From assembly GCA_963796275.1 (NCBI GenBank), contig CAWCKY010000006.1:2176001-2240000 (forward strand): 64,000 bases of DNA. The letters are read 5' to 3'. Under the pieces are notes generated by a model, which saw only the letters and a list, made by a program, of their open reading frames with translations, was not told where the DNA came from and made no database searches. Numbering within the stretch: the first letter of the stretch is position 1; each line of letters opens with the position of its first letter. The stretch comes from an uncultured Acidobacteriota bacterium (GTDB lineage Bacteria > Acidobacteriota > Blastocatellia > RBC074). Shown here piece by piece: positions 61,441-64,000 of this stretch. The translations under genes were made by a program, and so were the position numbers.

Positions 61441-63744
61441 ATGAAGCGATTCTGTGTGGTAATGCCTGTATTTATCGTTCTGCTCGTTGTTACGCCTCTC
61501 TTTGCGCAACAACAGGCAAATCAGTCCAACGCCGATCTGCTGACCCTCGATACGGTCTTCACCTACCGCCCGCAATCACTTACAGGGATTGAGTGGCAGG
61601 CTGACGGACACAGTTATTCGACGCTGGAACCGTCGGCCACAAAAAAGGGGAGCCTCGACATCGTGCGTTACAATGCCGCGACCGGAGAAAGGAAGGTTCT
61701 GGTTCCGGCGGAGAAATTGGTACCGCAGGGCGCCTCTTCGCCGTTAGCAATCGATCAATATGAACTAAGTCAGAATGAGCAGAAGTTGCTGCTTTTCACC
61801 AACTCGGCCCGCGTCTGGCGGAGCAATACGCGCGGCGATTATTGGGTCCTCGACCTGAAAAATTGGGAACTGCGCAAACTCGGCGGCGCTGCGAAACCAT
61901 CGACGCTGATGTTCGCCAAATTCTCGCCGGACGGAACGCGCGTCGGATACGTGAGAGAAAATAATATCTACATCGAAAGCCTAACGGACGGCCGCGTCAT
62001 GCAACTGACGGCGGACGGTGCGCGCTACATCATCAACGGAACATTCGACTGGGTTTACGAGGAGGAGCTCTTCTGCCGCGACGGGTGGCGCTGGAGCCCT
62101 GACGGTGAGCAGATTGCATACTGGCAGCTCAATTCCGAAGGCGTGAAGGAGTTCAAGCTCATCAACAATACGGCTGCCCTCTACCCTGAGCTGATTACCT
62201 TCCCCTACCCGAAAGCGGGCGAGATGAATTCCGCTGCGCGCGTCGGCATCGTGAACGCGCGGGGCGGCGAAACGCGATGGTTCGAAATTCCCGGCGATCC
62301 GCGCAATCATTACCTGGTGCGAATGGAGTGGGCGGCGAATTCGGATGAGGTCATCATTCAGCAACTCAACCGGCTTCAGAATACCAACATTGTAATGCTC
62401 GGCGATAAACGCACGGGCCGGGCGCGCACGATTCTGACCGAACGGGATGAGGCGTGGGTTGACGTCGCGTGGGGTGGCATTGACTGGGACAAACGCGGGT
62501 TGGCGCGCGGGGATGTCGAGTGGCTCGACGGAGGCACAAGATTCTTATGGGTGAGCGAGCGTGATGGGTGGCGGCATATATATTCCGTGTCTCGTGACGG
62601 CATGGATGTGAAATGCATTACGCCGGGCAGTTATGATGTGATCGGCATCGAGAAAGTTATTGAAGCTAGCGGTTGGCTCTATTTTACCGCTTCGCCTGAC
62701 AACGCGACTCAGCGTTATCTTTTCCGCACGCGGCTCGATGGCGCCGGCTCGGCCGAAAAGCTTTCTCCGGCAAATAAGCCGGGCACGCACGGCTACCTCA
62801 TTTCTTCCAGCGGCGACCTGGCGATCCACACCTTTTCCACATTCACCACGCCCCCCGTGACGGAGGTCATCCGGCTGCCGCAACACGATAATGTGAGGAT
62901 GTTGATTGATAACCGAGATCTGCAAGCCCGATTGGGCAAGGTCAGACAAGGCAAGACGAAGTTCTTCCGCGTAGACACTGGCGACGGCGTGCAACTCGAC
63001 GGCTGGATGATTGAGCCGCCTGACTTCGATCCGCGGAAACGTTACCCCGTACTTTTTAATGTATATGGAGAACCCTGGGCGCAGACCGTGCTCGACGCGT
63101 GGGGTGGTACTGGATTTATGTGGCACACGATGCTGGGGCAACAGGGTTACATCGTCATGAGCGTAGACAATCGTGGCACCCCGGCTCCGCGTGGCCGCGC
63201 GTGGCGCAAGGCGATCTATCGCCGGATGGGTGTGCTGAATTCGCAGGATCAAGCCAACGCCGTCAGAGCCATCACCAAATGGCCATTCGTCGATCCGAAC
63301 CGCATCGGCATCTGGGGATGGAGCGGAGGCGGCTCATCGAGCCTCAATGCGATTTTTCGCCACCCCGATCTATATCGAATGGCGATGGCTGTCGCCCCGG
63401 TGCCCGACATCCGCTACTACGATACGATCTACCAGGAGCGATATTGCGGACTGCCGCAGGAACATCCCGATGAGTACAGACAAAGTTCACCTATCACATT
63501 TGCCGGTCAGTTGAAGGGGCATTTGCTGATCGTCCACGGCACTGGCGACGACAACGTTCACTATCAGGGGACAGAAGCTCTGATCGATGCGCTCGTAGCC
63601 GCCGGCAAGCCTTTTACTATGATGTCCTACCCGAATCGCTCGCACGGCATCTATGAAGGCCGCGGCACGACCCGCCATCTCTACGGATTGCTGACCCGCT
63701 TCCTCAATGAAAAACTTCCTCCAGGGCCGCGTGCTGAACCATGA
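61441..63744 (+). CDS. Dipeptidyl peptidase IV (S9B), exported
   Basis: DWVYEEE, YPKAG, GWSGGG nucleophile, DDNVH and catalytic His (NRSH). Confidence 0.93.
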   Translation: MKRFCVVMPVFIVLLVVTPLFAQQQANQSNADLLTLDTVFTYRPQSLTGIEWQADGHSYSTLEPSATKKGSLDIVRYNAATGERKVLVPAEKLVPQGASSPLAIDQYELSQNEQKLLLFTNSARVWRSNTRGDYWVLDLKNWELRKLGGAAKPSTLMFAKFSPDGTRVGYVRENNIYIESLTDGRVMQLTADGARYIINGTFDWVYEEELFCRDGWRWSPDGEQIAYWQLNSEGVKEFKLINNTAALYPELITFPYPKAGEMNSAARVGIVNARGGETRWFEIPGDPRNHYLVRMEWAANSDEVIIQQLNRLQNTNIVMLGDKRTGRARTILTERDEAWVDVAWGGIDWDKRGLARGDVEWLDGGTRFLWVSERDGWRHIYSVSRDGMDVKCITPGSYDVIGIEKVIEASGWLYFTASPDNATQRYLFRTRLDGAGSAEKLSPANKPGTHGYLISSSGDLAIHTFSTFTTPPVTEVIRLPQHDNVRMLIDNRDLQARLGKVRQGKTKFFRVDTGDGVQLDGWMIEPPDFDPRKRYPVLFNVYGEPWAQTVLDAWGGTGFMWHTMLGQQGYIVMSVDNRGTPAPRGRAWRKAIYRRMGVLNSQDQANAVRAITKWPFVDPNRIGIWGWSGGGSSSLNAIFRHPDLYRMAMAVAPVPDIRYYDTIYQERYCGLPQEHPDEYRQSSPITFAGQLKGHLLIVHGTGDDNVHYQGTEALIDALVAAGKPFTMMSYPNRSHGIYEGRGTTRHLYGLLTRFLNEKLPPGPRAEP

Positions 63745-64000
63745 CTAGCAAAACTACGGAAAAGTCGCCCGACCGCTGTTTCACCGAAGCTGAAGCCGAG
63801 CTATTGGCGGCGCAGTTATATGGCCTGCGCGGTCGCGCGCGCTCTTTGCCGGGAGAGTACGATCACAACTTTCATTTCAGAACGGATGATCGCACCGAGT
63901 TTGTGCTGAAAGTCATGCACCCAGACCGTGAACGCGCGCTGATTGAATTGCAATGCAAGGCGCTCGCGCATTTGGCGGAGGAATCGCCATCGCTGCTCTT
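63741..64000 (+). CDS. APH-like phosphotransferase (hydroxylysine kinase-like) N-terminus, 3'-partial
   Basis: ATGA overlap with the DPP IV stop. Translation ...LYGL...LPGEYDHNF...FVLKV...IELQ..AL.HL is open to the window end. Confidence 0.7.
   Translation, partial: MTSKTTEKSPDRCFTEAEAELLAAQLYGLRGRARSLPGEYDHNFHFRTDDRTEFVLKVMHPDRERALIELQCKALAHLAEESPSLL

Overview
Bacterial chromosomal DNA, GC-rich in coding regions. The gene content (three Oar-type TonB-dependent receptors, a wHTH/TolB-propeller membrane regulator, sulfatases, many REP-like palindromes) suggests Acidobacteriota; this is inference. The centre holds a complete group 1h (high-affinity, 'atmospheric') [NiFe]-hydrogenase cluster at 24.8-40.1 kb: hhyS-hhyL, a NifU-like protein, conserved accessory genes, a maturation protease, a small TM protein/DUF1440/YceI trio, and hypABF-hypC-SIS-hypDE. 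The most striking feature is a second group 1h-type hydrogenase at 53.3-56.3 kb in reversed order (large then small subunit). It has no maturation genes and runs directly into a PAS-GAF hybrid histidine kinase. It is flanked by two paralogous PAS hybrid kinases, one lacking the phospho-acceptor His, and sits behind back-to-back sigma54-type promoter motifs. This is a candidate H2-sensing system built on the high-affinity 1h scaffold. Also present: hmp/nsrR with two NsrR boxes, a TBDR-radical SAM operon, a tandem REPIN array (not CRISPR), a MITE nested in a REP, and a cluster of 1-bp indels (35.4-39.2 kb, 53.35 kb, 55.44 kb) that most likely reflect sequencing error. No rRNA, tRNA, CRISPR array, transposase or integrase was seen.
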